A stretch of 64,000 nucleotides of DNA from Gemmatimonadota bacterium (GTDB lineage Bacteria; Gemmatimonadota; Gemmatimonadetes; Palauibacterales; Palauibacteraceae): the NCBI GenBank assembly GCA_963666735.1, contig OY762926.1:1376001-1440000 (forward strand), given 5' to 3'. The notes under the pieces were generated by a model that saw only the letters and a program-made list of their open reading frames with translations, was not told the origin of the DNA and ran no database searches. Each line of letters begins with the position of its first letter. Within the stretch, counting starts at the first letter, position 1. The position numbers were made by a program, and so were the translations under genes. Positions 54,676 to 64,000 of this stretch are shown here, in pieces.

Positions 54676-56403
54676 CTAGACCGCCCGCCGGGTGCGCAGG
54701 ATCCAGAGTCCGGCCCCGCCCAGAGCGGCCACGCCGGCGGAGAGCGCGCCGGTCCGCGGCTCGAGCAGGAGGAAGGCGCCGAGGGCGAACATCGCCCCGA
54801 ACAGAAGCAGCGTGGCCCCGGCCGTCCGGAGCAGCGCCTCGCCGAGGGGAAGGTCGGGAGAAACGCCCGCGCGTTCGCGGATCGCACCCCAGCCCGGTCC
54901 GGCGGGCCGCACCCGTCGACAGAACTCCACCAGGGTCGCCTCGTCCTCGGCGCGCGTGAGCCACATCACGGGAAGCCAGACCGCGGCCGACCCGAAGGCG
55001 GTCAGCGCGAGCCGCGTCCCGAATTCCATCGCGCCGAACGCCGGCAGGTAGGAACAGAGCGCGATGGCGAAACCGGCGAGCATGGAGGCGAGTTCGGCCC
55101 AGGCGTTCACCCGCCACCAGAACCAGCGCAGGATGAGCACCGCCCCGGGCCCCGTGCCGATGGCGATCATGAACCGAAAGAGGGCCCCGATGTCGTTGGC
55201 GAAGAACGCTGCCGCCGTCGCGGCCGCCACGATGCCGACCGAGGCGAGCCGACCCAGCAACACGAGTCTCGCGGCCGGGGCGTCCGGGTCGACGAAGCGG
55301 GCGTAGAGGTCGTTCACGAGATAGCTCGCGCCCCAGTTGATCTGTGTCGAGACGGTCGACATGAAGGCGGCGAAGAACGACGCGACGACGAGGCCCAGGA
55401 GGCCGGCGGGCAGGTAGCGCAGCATGAGCATCGGGTATCCCAGATCGGGATCGGCCAGATCCGGAAAGACGACGACGGCCACGAGTCCGACGAGCACCCA
55501 GGGCCACGCGCGGACCACGTAGTGAAGCCACACGAACCACCATGCGGCGCGCTCGGCGTCCGCTTCGGAGCGGCAGGCGAGAAGGCGCTGCACGAACTCG
55601 CCCCCGCCATCGGAACGGCGGAACGCCCACCACTGTATGCCGAGGTAGGCGAGGAAGGTCCCGAACGGGAGGGCTTCGGACCCCGGCCGGGGCACCATCT
55701 CCAGCACATCGCTCCGCCCCGCCGCCGCGAGTTGGGCCTTGAGTTCCGCGATCCCCCCGATTTCCGCCAGCGCGAAGGCGGCCACGAGAATGGCCCCGAA
55801 GAGCGCGAGAAAGAACTGGAAGAAGTCCGTCGCGACGACACCCCACAGCCCGGCGATGCTCGCGTAGGCGAGCACGAAAATGGAGAGGGCCACGACGGCC
55901 CACAGGCGCTCGTCTCCCGGCATCCAGCCGGACAGGTCGGGAAGGAGCCCGAGAGCCTCGACGACCTTGCGCATGGCCAGCATCACGAAGCCGATCGAGA
56001 TGCAGTTGATCGGTACCGCGAACAGGAAGGCGCGCGTGGCCCGCAGGACGGCGGCGGGGCGGCCGCCGTAGCGAAGTTCCGTCAGTTCCACGTCCGTGAC
56101 GATCCCGGCGCGGCGCCACAGGCGCGCGAAGAGGTAGATGAGGAGAAGATGGGAGAGGCCGAAGGACCACCATTCCCAGTTGCCGGCGATGCCCCGGCGC
56201 GCGATGAGGGCCGAGACATAGAGCGGAGTGTCCACCGAGAAGGTGGTCGCGGCCATCGACGTGCCCGCAAGCCACCATGGCAGCGCGCGGCCCCCGACGA
56301 AGAAATCGACGATGCTCCCGCGCGCCCGGCGCGAGAGCCACAGTCCGACGCCGAACGTGAGCGCGAGGTAGATCGCGACGATCCACCAATCGGCGGGGCT
56401 CAA
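54676..56403 (-). CDS. Sodium:solute symporter (SSS) family transporter
   Basis: DFFVGGRALPWWLAGTSMAATTF, GLWGVVATD, AAFMSTVSTQINWG; many TM helices; TTGA overlap with nagZ. Confidence 0.9.
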   Translation of the reverse strand: MSPADWWIVAIYLALTFGVGLWLSRRARGSIVDFFVGGRALPWWLAGTSMAATTFSVDTPLYVSALIARRGIAGNWEWWSFGLSHLLLIYLFARLWRRAGIVTDVELTELRYGGRPAAVLRATRAFLFAVPINCISIGFVMLAMRKVVEALGLLPDLSGWMPGDERLWAVVALSIFVLAYASIAGLWGVVATDFFQFFLALFGAILVAAFALAEIGGIAELKAQLAAAGRSDVLEMVPRPGSEALPFGTFLAYLGIQWWAFRRSDGGGEFVQRLLACRSEADAERAAWWFVWLHYVVRAWPWVLVGLVAVVVFPDLADPDLGYPMLMLRYLPAGLLGLVVASFFAAFMSTVSTQINWGASYLVNDLYARFVDPDAPAARLVLLGRLASVGIVAAATAAAFFANDIGALFRFMIAIGTGPGAVLILRWFWWRVNAWAELASMLAGFAIALCSYLPAFGAMEFGTRLALTAFGSAAVWLPVMWLTRAEDEATLVEFCRRVRPAGPGWGAIRERAGVSPDLPLGEALLRTAGATLLLFGAMFALGAFLLLEPRTGALSAGVAALGGAGLWILRTRRAV

Positions 56404-57860
56404 CCGCCTGTCCCGCCGGGCCGCGTCCCCGCCGCCGCGCCGACCGCGGAGCGCAGCCAGTCCGCGGCGGCTCGCTCCATCACCGTCTCGGTGGACCACG
56501 CGCAGATGCCGGGGACGCCGAGCGCATCGAGCCAGCGGCGGTGACCGAGCAGGACGACGAGGCCGCGGCGCGCCGAGCGGATGAGGGCGCGCGTCTGCTC
56601 GACGACTTCGGCGGCGGGCGCGCCGCGGCCCTTCCAGCCGCGAGGCGTCGCGGCGAGCACCACGATGCACTGCCCGGAGTCCGCGTCGTCGGTGATCCGC
56701 CAGCCGGCCGCGCGCAGCTCGCCGGCGACGATCGTGCCCAACGCTCCCGCCCGGCCGGCCGGCGGCCCGACATCCGGATCGTCGGACACTCCGACGACCC
56801 GCGTTGGCGTCCGCGGCGTCCAGCCGCGCAGGACCTTCACGTCTCCCACGATGGTATCCCGGGCGAACGCGACCGGCTCGAACTCCGGCCGCGACGTTCG
56901 CGCGGAAAGCGGGCAGCCGCGGGCCGAGCGGGTCAGGGCCTCCTCGAGCCTGGCGGCAAGGAGCGCGTCGTCGGCGGCCCGCGCCAGCGCAGCGACCGTC
57001 GCACCGGCATCCACCGGGTAGCAGATGAGGTCGCACCCGGCGGCGACCGCCTCGACCGCGGCGCTCGCATCGTCGGGGCCGGCGCCGCCCATGATCATGG
57101 CATCCGTCGTCACGACGCCCTCGAAGCCCAGCCGTCCGCGAAGGAGCCCCGAGACGATGTTCGGCTCCACCGTCGCCGCCCGCTCGCCGCCGAGCGCCGG
57201 GTAGGCGACGTGCGCCACCATCACGCTGGCGACCCGGTCCGCCGCGGCCGCGAAAGGCGCGAGATCTTCCTCGAGCAGTTCGGCGGGGGCATCGATGGAG
57301 GGAAGTCCGATATGCGAGTCCTCGGTCGTCCGGCCGTGGCCCGGAAAGTGCTTCGCGCACGCCGCGGCTCCGGCGGATTGGCAGGCGTCGACCCAACGAA
57401 CACCCATCTCTCCGACGCGCCGCGGATCCGGGCCGAAACTGCGCGTGGCGATGATCGGGTTGTCGGGTTCCGCATCCAGATCGAGTACCGGTGCGATCAC
57501 CCAGTTGATCCCGACGGACAGCGCTTCCCGAGCCGTGACGCGACCCGCCGCGGCGGCTGCGTCGCCGGGATCCGGATGCGCCGCGAGAGCCGCGGGTGGC
57601 GGCAATTCGATCAGACCCCGGATTTGCTGACCCGCTCCCCGCTCGAGGTCCGCCCCGATCCAGAGCGGCCGCGCCGCGTCGTCGCGGATCCGTTCGACCA
57701 GACGCCCCACTCGTTCCGCGTCGCCGCCGAACAGAATGAATCCACCCACCCCGAGGGCGAGCGCCCGGTCCGCACGCCTCTCCACGTCATCGGGGGACCA
57801 GCGATCGAGCCGGAGCGCCTCGATGACGACCCCGGCCGGGCCTACGTCGGATCCGGTCAC
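56400..57860 (-). CDS. nagZ: GH3 beta-N-acetylglucosaminidase
   Basis: NagZ signature KHFPGHGRTTEDSH, DLERG, TTDAMIM nucleophile; GTGA overlap with anmK. Confidence 0.85.
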   Translation of the reverse strand: MTGSDVGPAGVVIEALRLDRWSPDDVERRADRALALGVGGFILFGGDAERVGRLVERIRDDAARPLWIGADLERGAGQQIRGLIELPPPAALAAHPDPGDAAAAAGRVTAREALSVGINWVIAPVLDLDAEPDNPIIATRSFGPDPRRVGEMGVRWVDACQSAGAAACAKHFPGHGRTTEDSHIGLPSIDAPAELLEEDLAPFAAAADRVASVMVAHVAYPALGGERAATVEPNIVSGLLRGRLGFEGVVTTDAMIMGGAGPDDASAAVEAVAAGCDLICYPVDAGATVAALARAADDALLAARLEEALTRSARGCPLSARTSRPEFEPVAFARDTIVGDVKVLRGWTPRTPTRVVGVSDDPDVGPPAGRAGALGTIVAGELRAAGWRITDDADSGQCIVVLAATPRGWKGRGAPAAEVVEQTRALIRSARRGLVVLLGHRRWLDALGVPGICAWSTETVMERAAADWLRSAVGAAAGTRPGGTGG

Positions 57861-58984
57861 GCGGCGGTCCGTACGCCGAGCAGGCGGGGACCGCGCGCAC
57901 CCGTGGCCCATGGAGCGTTGGCCGGATAGCCGAGCACATGCTGTCTCGCCAGGAGTGCGAAGGCCACGGCCTCGCGGGCGTCCGCGTCGAGGCCGAGGAC
58001 GGACAAGTCGCGGACGGGCACGGGATCCAGCAACTGCTCCAGTCGCGATGCGAGAACCGGGTTCCGGGCTCCGCCGCCGCAGAGGTAGCACGCCATCGGA
58101 GCCTCCTCGATCCACCGGTAGGCGTCCGCGATGGTGCGCGCCGTGAGTTCCGCCAGGGTCGCGACCGCGTCTTCGGGTGACAGCGCGGAGTGCCGCCGCA
58201 GCCAATCCAGCAGCCGATCCCGCGAGAAGCGCTCGCGTCCCGTCGACCGGGGCGGTGGCTGGCTGAAGAAGGGATCGCTCAGCCAATCCGAGAGAGCGTC
58301 TTCGCTCGCGACGCCGCGCCGAGCCATCTTCCCGTCGAGATCGAAGCGGGATCGCCCGTCCGTAAGGAACTCGACCGCGCCATCGATGAGCACGACCCCC
58401 GGGCCGGTGTCGTAGGCCTGCGGCGTCGCCCCGCCGGCTGCGGCGGGGAGCGCCGTCACGTTGCCTATTCCACCGATGTTCTGAATCGCGCGTGATTCCC
58501 GGGCGCGAAAGAGGAGCCAGTCGGTGTAGGCCGTGAGGGGCGCGCCTTCCCCGCCCGCCGCCACATCCCGCACGCGGAAGTCCGACACCACCGCGCACGA
58601 CGTGCGTTCGGCGATGACCGCCGCCTGGCCGAGTTGCAGCGTCGCTCCTCCCCGGGCGTCCGCCGGAGGCTCGTGCCACACGGTCTGGCCGTGGCTGCCG
58701 ATCGCTTTGATGTCGACCGGCTGGAGCGAGGCGGAAGCCAGCGTCCGGTTCACCGCCGCGCCGATCCTCTCACCCAGCTCGAAGTCGAGCGCGCAGATCG
58801 CCGCGGCGCTCCCCGAAGTGATGGCCTTCGCGATCCTTCCGCGCGCCGCGCTGTCGTAGCTCTCCGTCTCGAAGGCGACGACGCGCCATTCCGCCGGGCG
58901 CTCGCCGTCGCCCGCCGTCTCGACGATGGCCACGTCGATGCCGTCCAGCGAAGTCCCCGACATCACGCCGATCCACAGAGTCAC
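57857..58984 (-). CDS. anmK: Anhydro-N-acetylmuramic acid kinase
   Basis: GVMSGTSLDG, GSHGQT, DVAAGGEGAPL, NIGGIGN, DTGPG, REAVAFA. Confidence 0.95.
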   Translation of the reverse strand: MTLWIGVMSGTSLDGIDVAIVETAGDGERPAEWRVVAFETESYDSAARGRIAKAITSGSAAAICALDFELGERIGAAVNRTLASASLQPVDIKAIGSHGQTVWHEPPADARGGATLQLGQAAVIAERTSCAVVSDFRVRDVAAGGEGAPLTAYTDWLLFRARESRAIQNIGGIGNVTALPAAAGGATPQAYDTGPGVVLIDGAVEFLTDGRSRFDLDGKMARRGVASEDALSDWLSDPFFSQPPPRSTGRERFSRDRLLDWLRRHSALSPEDAVATLAELTARTIADAYRWIEEAPMACYLCGGGARNPVLASRLEQLLDPVPVRDLSVLGLDADAREAVAFALLARQHVLGYPANAPWATGARGPRLLGVRTAA

Positions 58985-60423
58985 GCGTCCGCCTCGGTCA
59001 GCAATGCCGGGTGCACGCGCTCGCGCAGCCTCGTTTCGTGCGCGGCATCGTGCTGCGCGACGCCTCGCAGAAACTGATACAGCGTCAGTGTCTCGGAGCC
59101 GACGCGGGCGCGACGAGAGAGGGACTCCGCGACCCGCACCGGACCGTCGGCCACGGCGGCCACGGTGAGGGCCCTCTCCGCGGAGAACCCCGCCGTCTCG
59201 ATCTCGAAGCCGCGTTCGGGCGGAGAGGCGTTCGCCGTCCAGTCCTCGAAAGTCGGGAGCGACCCCGTCGAGTCGGCGGCCGCGAGCCATCGCTCGACTC
59301 GCGGCCGCACGGCGCTCCGCTCGAAATCCGCCAGGTGCGCGGCGTGCTGGCCCGGCGTCCACGCGGTTCGGCGGGCGGCGATGCGCTGCCCCTTCGCTTC
59401 GGCTGCGGCGCCGGCCGCGCGCGCGGCGGCGAGACGGGCCGGCGTGGCGCTCAGTCGCGCGAGCAACGCCGCGCCGTCGGGCCAGCCCGGCGCCGCCGGG
59501 TAGCCGCCGTAACGGGGACGCTCCGGGCCGCCGAAGCGCTCGACCGCAAGGCCCAGGAAGCCGTCCGCGCAGTCGAGGTATCGCTCGGCCAGGGCGCGGT
59601 CGACCCGCAGGGCGTGCATGGCCAGCGCCGTCTTCACCGCGCCGCCCGTGCGGATCAGAGCGCGGCGCGCTTCCTCGCGCGATGCGCCGGTGAGCGTGGC
59701 GAAAATGCGGAGCCCGCGGTCGACCAGCTTGGCGGATCGCGCCCGCAGGTCGACCATGAGATTCTCGAACACGCGGCCGCTGCGGATCATCGCCCCCGTG
59801 GTGATCGTATTGAGCACGAGCTTCGTGGCCGTCCCCGCCTTCATGCGGGTCGAACCCGCGATGATTTCGGGCCCGACGAGCGGCAGGATGAGGTGGTCCG
59901 CCAGCTTCGCGACCTCCGCGGGCGGCGACGTGCAGCCGAGAAACGCGGTCCCCGCCCCGCGCGACGCCGCCTCCGCCAGCGCCCCGAGGACGTACGGCGT
60001 GGTGCCCGATGTCGCGATCCCGAGCACGAGATCCGCGGGCGAGATGCCGAACGCCCGTACCGCCTCGGCCCCTCCCTCCCGGGAATCCTCCGCCCCCTCG
60101 GCGCTTCGCACGAGCGCGCCGGCTCCCCCCGCGATGATCGCCTCCACGAGGCCCGGGTCGACGCCGAACGTGGGCGGACACTCCGCCGCGTCGAGCACGC
60201 CGAGGCGGCCACTCGTTCCCGCGCCGACGTAGACGAGACGCCCGCCGCGGCGGAAGCGCTCCACGACCTCATCGATGACGCGTGCGAGCGCGTCCGCCTG
60301 CGAGGCGACGGCCTCCGGCACGGCGCGATCTTCCGCCTGTATCATATGGACGATCGTCGCGCTGTCCGCACGATCGATGGCGCGGGTCCGCGGGTTGCGC
60401 CCCTCGGTTAGACGGGGATCCAA
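58981..60423 (-). CDS. murQ: N-acetylmuramic acid 6-phosphate etherase fused to a C-terminal DinB/YfiT-like domain
   Basis: LTEGRNP, GAGTSGRLGVLDAAECPPTF, GAED, GSTRMKAGTATK; extra about 170 aa with WTPGQHAAHL...HDAAH. Confidence 0.93.
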   Translation of the reverse strand: MDPRLTEGRNPRTRAIDRADSATIVHMIQAEDRAVPEAVASQADALARVIDEVVERFRRGGRLVYVGAGTSGRLGVLDAAECPPTFGVDPGLVEAIIAGGAGALVRSAEGAEDSREGGAEAVRAFGISPADLVLGIATSGTTPYVLGALAEAASRGAGTAFLGCTSPPAEVAKLADHLILPLVGPEIIAGSTRMKAGTATKLVLNTITTGAMIRSGRVFENLMVDLRARSAKLVDRGLRIFATLTGASREEARRALIRTGGAVKTALAMHALRVDRALAERYLDCADGFLGLAVERFGGPERPRYGGYPAAPGWPDGAALLARLSATPARLAAARAAGAAAEAKGQRIAARRTAWTPGQHAAHLADFERSAVRPRVERWLAAADSTGSLPTFEDWTANASPPERGFEIETAGFSAERALTVAAVADGPVRVAESLSRRARVGSETLTLYQFLRGVAQHDAAHETRLRERVHPALLTEADA

Positions 60424-60566
60424 GCGTCAGGTCCTCGGGAGCCCTGCGGCTCGTTGGTGGAGTTCGCGGCATCCGGGTACACTTAGCCGTTAGCGGCAAG
60501 CGCAAACGTAGGAGGTTCGCCCCGGGGGCGGGAGTCGCGCCGGTTCGAAGAGGAGAGACGCGCCAC

Positions 60567-61322
60567 GTGAGTGCCGGCCCTCAGAGGACGCAGAATCCAA
60601 CGCGGAATCCGACGCAGAGTCCGGGGACCGACCTCGTCCTCAGGCGCCTTTCCGAGCGCTTCGCCATCCCCGACAAGCCTCGACTCGCCCCGCTGGACGA
60701 ACTCGTGCTCACGATCCTCAGCCAGTCGACGACCGACGAGAACCGGGATCGTGCCTGGCGCACTCTCGCGGCGCGGTATCCGGCCGAGGAAGGCGGGGAG
60801 GCGGCGGGCGGAGCGTCGCCCTCGGCGTCGGCCGGGCCGGTCTCCTGGGAATCCGTGCTTCGAGCGACGCCGGCCGAACTGCAGGACGCCGTCCGTGTCG
60901 CGGGCCTCGCCAACCAGAAGGCTCCGGCCATCCACGCCGCTCTCGCGCGACTCCGGGCCGAGGTGGGTCGGATCACGCTCGACCACCTCGAGGAGATGGC
61001 CGATGAGGAGGCGATCGCCTATCTCACGACCTTCCGGGGAGTCGGGGTGAAGACCGCCGCGTGCGTGCTCTGCTTCTCGCTCCGCCGGCCCGTGCTCCCG
61101 GTCGATACGCATGTCCTTCGCATCGCACGGCGCCTCGCATGGGTTCCGCCGCGAGCTTCGGCCGACCTGACCCACACCGCCCTCTCGCGGACCGTCGCTC
61201 CCTCCGAGCGGTTCCGCATGCACATGCTGCTCATCACGTTCGGTCGTTCGCTCTGCCGCGCCAGGGCTCCGCGCTGCGGGGAATGCCCTCTCGAACCCGA
61301 GTGTCCGAGAATCGGCGTTTGA
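60567..61322 (+). CDS. nth: Endonuclease III family (HhH-GPD) DNA glycosylase
   Basis: TILSQST, GVGVKTA, PVDTHV, CRARAPRCGECPLEPEC 4Fe-4S motif; start uncertain. Confidence 0.85.
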   Translation: MSAGPQRTQNPTRNPTQSPGTDLVLRRLSERFAIPDKPRLAPLDELVLTILSQSTTDENRDRAWRTLAARYPAEEGGEAAGGASPSASAGPVSWESVLRATPAELQDAVRVAGLANQKAPAIHAALARLRAEVGRITLDHLEEMADEEAIAYLTTFRGVGVKTAACVLCFSLRRPVLPVDTHVLRIARRLAWVPPRASADLTHTALSRTVAPSERFRMHMLLITFGRSLCRARAPRCGECPLEPECPRIGV

Positions 61323-61346
61323 CGGGCGCGCAAGCCGGGGTCGACG

Positions 61347-62114
61347 TCATCCTCCGATGTTCGGAAGCCCGAACACCAGGGGCTCGTCCAGCCGCAGCCT
61401 GAGGATCGCCCCGACCGGGAGCGCCGGCTCCGCTCCCTCGGCATCGAGGAGGATGGCGGAACCCCTCACGGCTCCCGCCGCGGCGCCCGCGATGGCGCTC
61501 TGACGGCCGCCGGCGAGGACGCGGCCCAGATTCATCCGGGCCTCCGCGCCGGCCGCGGCTCCAGGCCCCGGTACGATCTCCACCACGGAAGCGGATATGG
61601 GCCAGGCTTCGCCGTTGAAGAAGACATCGACGAAGCGGACTTTCACCATCACGTGTTCGCCGTCCCCGCCAGCTTCACCGCCCTGCCCGCCTTCCTCCCC
61701 GCCAGCCGCGGCCTCGACCGCGGTGATCTCGCCATTTATCAGCGAATTCAGCGGCACCAGGATCATGTTGTTCTCGATCAGCGGACGCGTCACGCCGAAC
61801 TTCAGGGCGTCCCCGGGCCGCAGATTGCCCGGCCGGATCGGGTCGAGGAGTTCGACCTCCAGTTCCGCGCCGGTCTGCACGGTCACCATCGTGTAGGTCA
61901 TTTCGGGCGCGCCGCCCGGCTCGGCCGCCGGTCTCCCGGCCACCGGCGGAGGCGGCGTTCGCCGCACGGGTGACGCGGGCGCCGCGCTCTCCGTCGCCGC
62001 ATCGGGCGCGTCCGCGCTCCCCTCCGCTCCGGGACCAATTTCCGGCGCGCAGCCGATGACCATCGAGGTCATCGCGCCGAGCGCAACGAGAGTCGCCGAC
62101 GTCGTCCGTTCCAT
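61347..62114 (-). CDS. Lipoprotein with Pro/Ala linker and TrbI/VirB10-like C-terminal beta domain
   Basis: Lipobox VIG-C; GAELEVELL...ILVPLNSLINGEI...AIAGAAAG...LPVGAILRLRL. Confidence 0.6.
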   Translation of the reverse strand: MERTTSATLVALGAMTSMVIGCAPEIGPGAEGSADAPDAATESAAPASPVRRTPPPPVAGRPAAEPGGAPEMTYTMVTVQTGAELEVELLDPIRPGNLRPGDALKFGVTRPLIENNMILVPLNSLINGEITAVEAAAGGEEGGQGGEAGGDGEHVMVKVRFVDVFFNGEAWPISASVVEIVPGPGAAAGAEARMNLGRVLAGGRQSAIAGAAAGAVRGSAILLDAEGAEPALPVGAILRLRLDEPLVFGLPNIGG

Positions 62115-62216
62115 CCTGTTCCTTCCCTCGTGTCGTTGTACGGCCTGCAACCCGCGCATACGTTCGAACCGTGCGACCCGCAGAATAAACGCCCGGCCGG
62201 CTCCCGCGGAGACATC

Positions 62217-63998
62217 TTGAAATCGCTCAGAGCGTTGCTACCCTACTTCCGCCCGTACCGCCTGGGTATCGCGGCCGGGCTTACGCTCGTGATCGTGAGC
62301 AACCTGTTTACGGTCGCAGGCCCCTGGGTGCTCAAGATGGCGGTCGACGCGCTGGAAAGGGAACTCCACCCCGACCTCATCCTGCGCTACGCTCTCGTGC
62401 TCACGGCGATTTCCGTCGTGGCCGGCGCGACGAGATTCTGGATGCGCAAGCTGCTCAACGGGCTGAGCCGCCGCATGGAGACGGATATCCGGAGCGCCCT
62501 CTTCGCGCACCTCCTCAGGCTCCCGCCGCAGTTCTTCGACGCCTGGCGCACGGGCGATCTGGTGAGCCGCGCGACGAACGATGTCCAGGCGGTCCGCATG
62601 GTCGCCGGACCCGCGATCATGTACGCGGTGAACACCGCCACCGTCGCGACGCTCGCGCTCGGGCTCATGATCTGGATCGATCCCATGCTCACGGTCCGGG
62701 CGATGATCCCGATGGTCGTCCTCCCTCCCATCGTGTTCATCTTCGGCCGGCAGATCCACGAGCGCTTCGAGAAGATCCAGGCCCAGTTCTCGGAGATCTC
62801 CAACTTCGCCCAGGAAAATCTGGCGGGGACCCGCATCGTGAAAGCGTACGCGCGCGAAGAGGCCCAGGCCCGGCGTTTCGAGACCCTCAACCGGGACTAC
62901 AAGTCGCGCAATCTCTCCCTCGCCCGCGTGTGGGGGCTGTTCCATCCGTCGCTCATGTTCTTCACGGGCGTCGGCGCGGTCGTCGTCCTGTGGTTCGGGG
63001 GCGGACAGGTCGTCCGCGGCGCGATTACGCTCGGCGATTTCGTCGCCTTCTCCTTCTACCTCACGATGCTGATGTGGCCCATGATCGCGCTCGGCTGGGT
63101 CACGAACCTCTTCCAGCGCGGCGCCGCCTCGATGGGCCGCCTCAACGACCTGTTCGACATCGTTCCCGCCGTCCGCGACCCGGAGTCGCCCGTCACGCTC
63201 ACGTCGGCGCGGGGCGCGCTGGCGTTCGACGACGTTTCCTTCCGCTATCCCGGGACGGAGCGGGATGTGCTGCGGGACATCTCCTTCCGGATCGAGCCGG
63301 GACAGACGGTCGCCATCGTCGGCGCGACCGCGAGCGGAAAGTCCACGCTGGCCGCGCTCATCCCCCGCCTCTATGACGTGACGGCGGGGACGATTCGCTT
63401 GGATGGCGTGGATATCCGGGAACTCGACCTGGGTTCGCTGCGCGACTCGATGGCCTTCGTACCGCAGGAGCCGTTCCTGTTCAGCATGCGGCTGAGGACG
63501 AACATCGAACTCCGGCGTGGAGAGATGGATGCGGGCGAGGCGATCCCGGACGAACTGCGCAGCGCGCTCGCCGTCTCGCAACTGGAGAAGACGCTCGCCA
63601 TCCTTCCCGACGGGATCGACACGCGTCTGGGCGAGCGCGGCATCAATCTCTCGGGCGGGCAGAAACAGCGCGCCACGCTGGCCCGGGCGGTCCACCGCGA
63701 CGCGCCCGTGCTCATCCTGGACGACGCCCTGTCGGCCGTGGATTCGGAAACGGAAACCGCGATCCTGGAGGCGCTCCGGGAGTACATGTCCGGGCGCACC
63801 TCCATCATCGTCTCTCACCGCGTGTCGGCCGTGCGCACCGCCGACGCGATCCTGGTCCTGGACGACGGACGCCTCGTCGAGCGCGGCATCCACGAAGATC
63901 TGATCGCGGCCGACGGGGTCTACGCGCGGCTGCTTCGCCGCCAGCTCGTGGCCGAGGAACTCGAGCGCATCGAGCAGCGGCGCGTCGCGAGCGCCTGA
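62217..63998 (+). CDS. ABC exporter, fused TMD-NBD (MdlA/YheI-like)
   Basis: Six TM helices, Walker A GATASGKST, LSGGQKQR, ILDDALSAVD, SHR; TTG 62217. Confidence 0.93.
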   Translation: MKSLRALLPYFRPYRLGIAAGLTLVIVSNLFTVAGPWVLKMAVDALERELHPDLILRYALVLTAISVVAGATRFWMRKLLNGLSRRMETDIRSALFAHLLRLPPQFFDAWRTGDLVSRATNDVQAVRMVAGPAIMYAVNTATVATLALGLMIWIDPMLTVRAMIPMVVLPPIVFIFGRQIHERFEKIQAQFSEISNFAQENLAGTRIVKAYAREEAQARRFETLNRDYKSRNLSLARVWGLFHPSLMFFTGVGAVVVLWFGGGQVVRGAITLGDFVAFSFYLTMLMWPMIALGWVTNLFQRGAASMGRLNDLFDIVPAVRDPESPVTLTSARGALAFDDVSFRYPGTERDVLRDISFRIEPGQTVAIVGATASGKSTLAALIPRLYDVTAGTIRLDGVDIRELDLGSLRDSMAFVPQEPFLFSMRLRTNIELRRGEMDAGEAIPDELRSALAVSQLEKTLAILPDGIDTRLGERGINLSGGQKQRATLARAVHRDAPVLILDDALSAVDSETETAILEALREYMSGRTSIIVSHRVSAVRTADAILVLDDGRLVERGIHEDLIAADGVYARLLRRQLVAEELERIEQRRVASA

Positions 63999-64000
63999 CC

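Noticed and set aside
54676..60181. Apparent long N-terminal extensions on SSS (906 aa), NagZ (759 aa) and AnmK (774 aa)
   Set aside because: Open off-frames over upstream genes; each has a coupled GTG/TTG start at the previous stop
60484..60550. tRNA-like fragment (GGTTCGAA) between murQ and nth
   Set aside because: No complementary T-stem, acceptor stem or anticodon arm

Overview
A 64 kb GC-rich bacterial chromosomal window made up mostly of core genes. Gene content and style suggest Gemmatimonadota, but that is inference only. Bases 1-23.2 kb are one minus-strand translation/transcription supercluster: tRNA-Thr, tRNA-Tyr, tuf, rpmG, secE, nusG, rplKAJL, rpoBC, rpsLG, fusA, a second near-identical tuf, then the S10 operon rpsJ..rpsQ (cut by the window edge). 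Next come glmM-glmS-DUF1232-hyp-cysS (-), then a cystathionine lyase/synthase, an M48 peptidase, purD, mutM and a SigW-like ECF sigma/anti-sigma envelope-stress cluster (+). A long minus-strand run follows: pyk, MBL hydrolase, lepA, ROK kinase, PfkB kinase, STAS-HATPase kinase, STAS-wHTH protein, penicillin-acylase-family Ntn hydrolase, Nfu domain protein and Mrp/ApbC. After that are rpsU, ispG, a class II RNR (nrdJ) with tandem NrdR boxes, DnaA-like boxes and a leader terminator, a peptidoglycan-recycling operon (murQ-DinB fusion, anmK, nagZ, SSS symporter), endonuclease III, a lipoprotein and an ABC exporter. I saw no mobile elements or CRISPR arrays. The best candidates for undescribed biology are (1) a putative Ser-phosphorylation switch (STAS-HATPase kinase plus STAS-wHTH regulator) coupled to sugar kinases, (2) the MurQ-DinB fusion with an SSS importer in a PG-recycling operon, and (3) promoter-proximal structured leaders/terminators upstream of nrdJ, rpsL and an orphan gene. 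Many start codons were re-picked by eye from over-extended ORFs.
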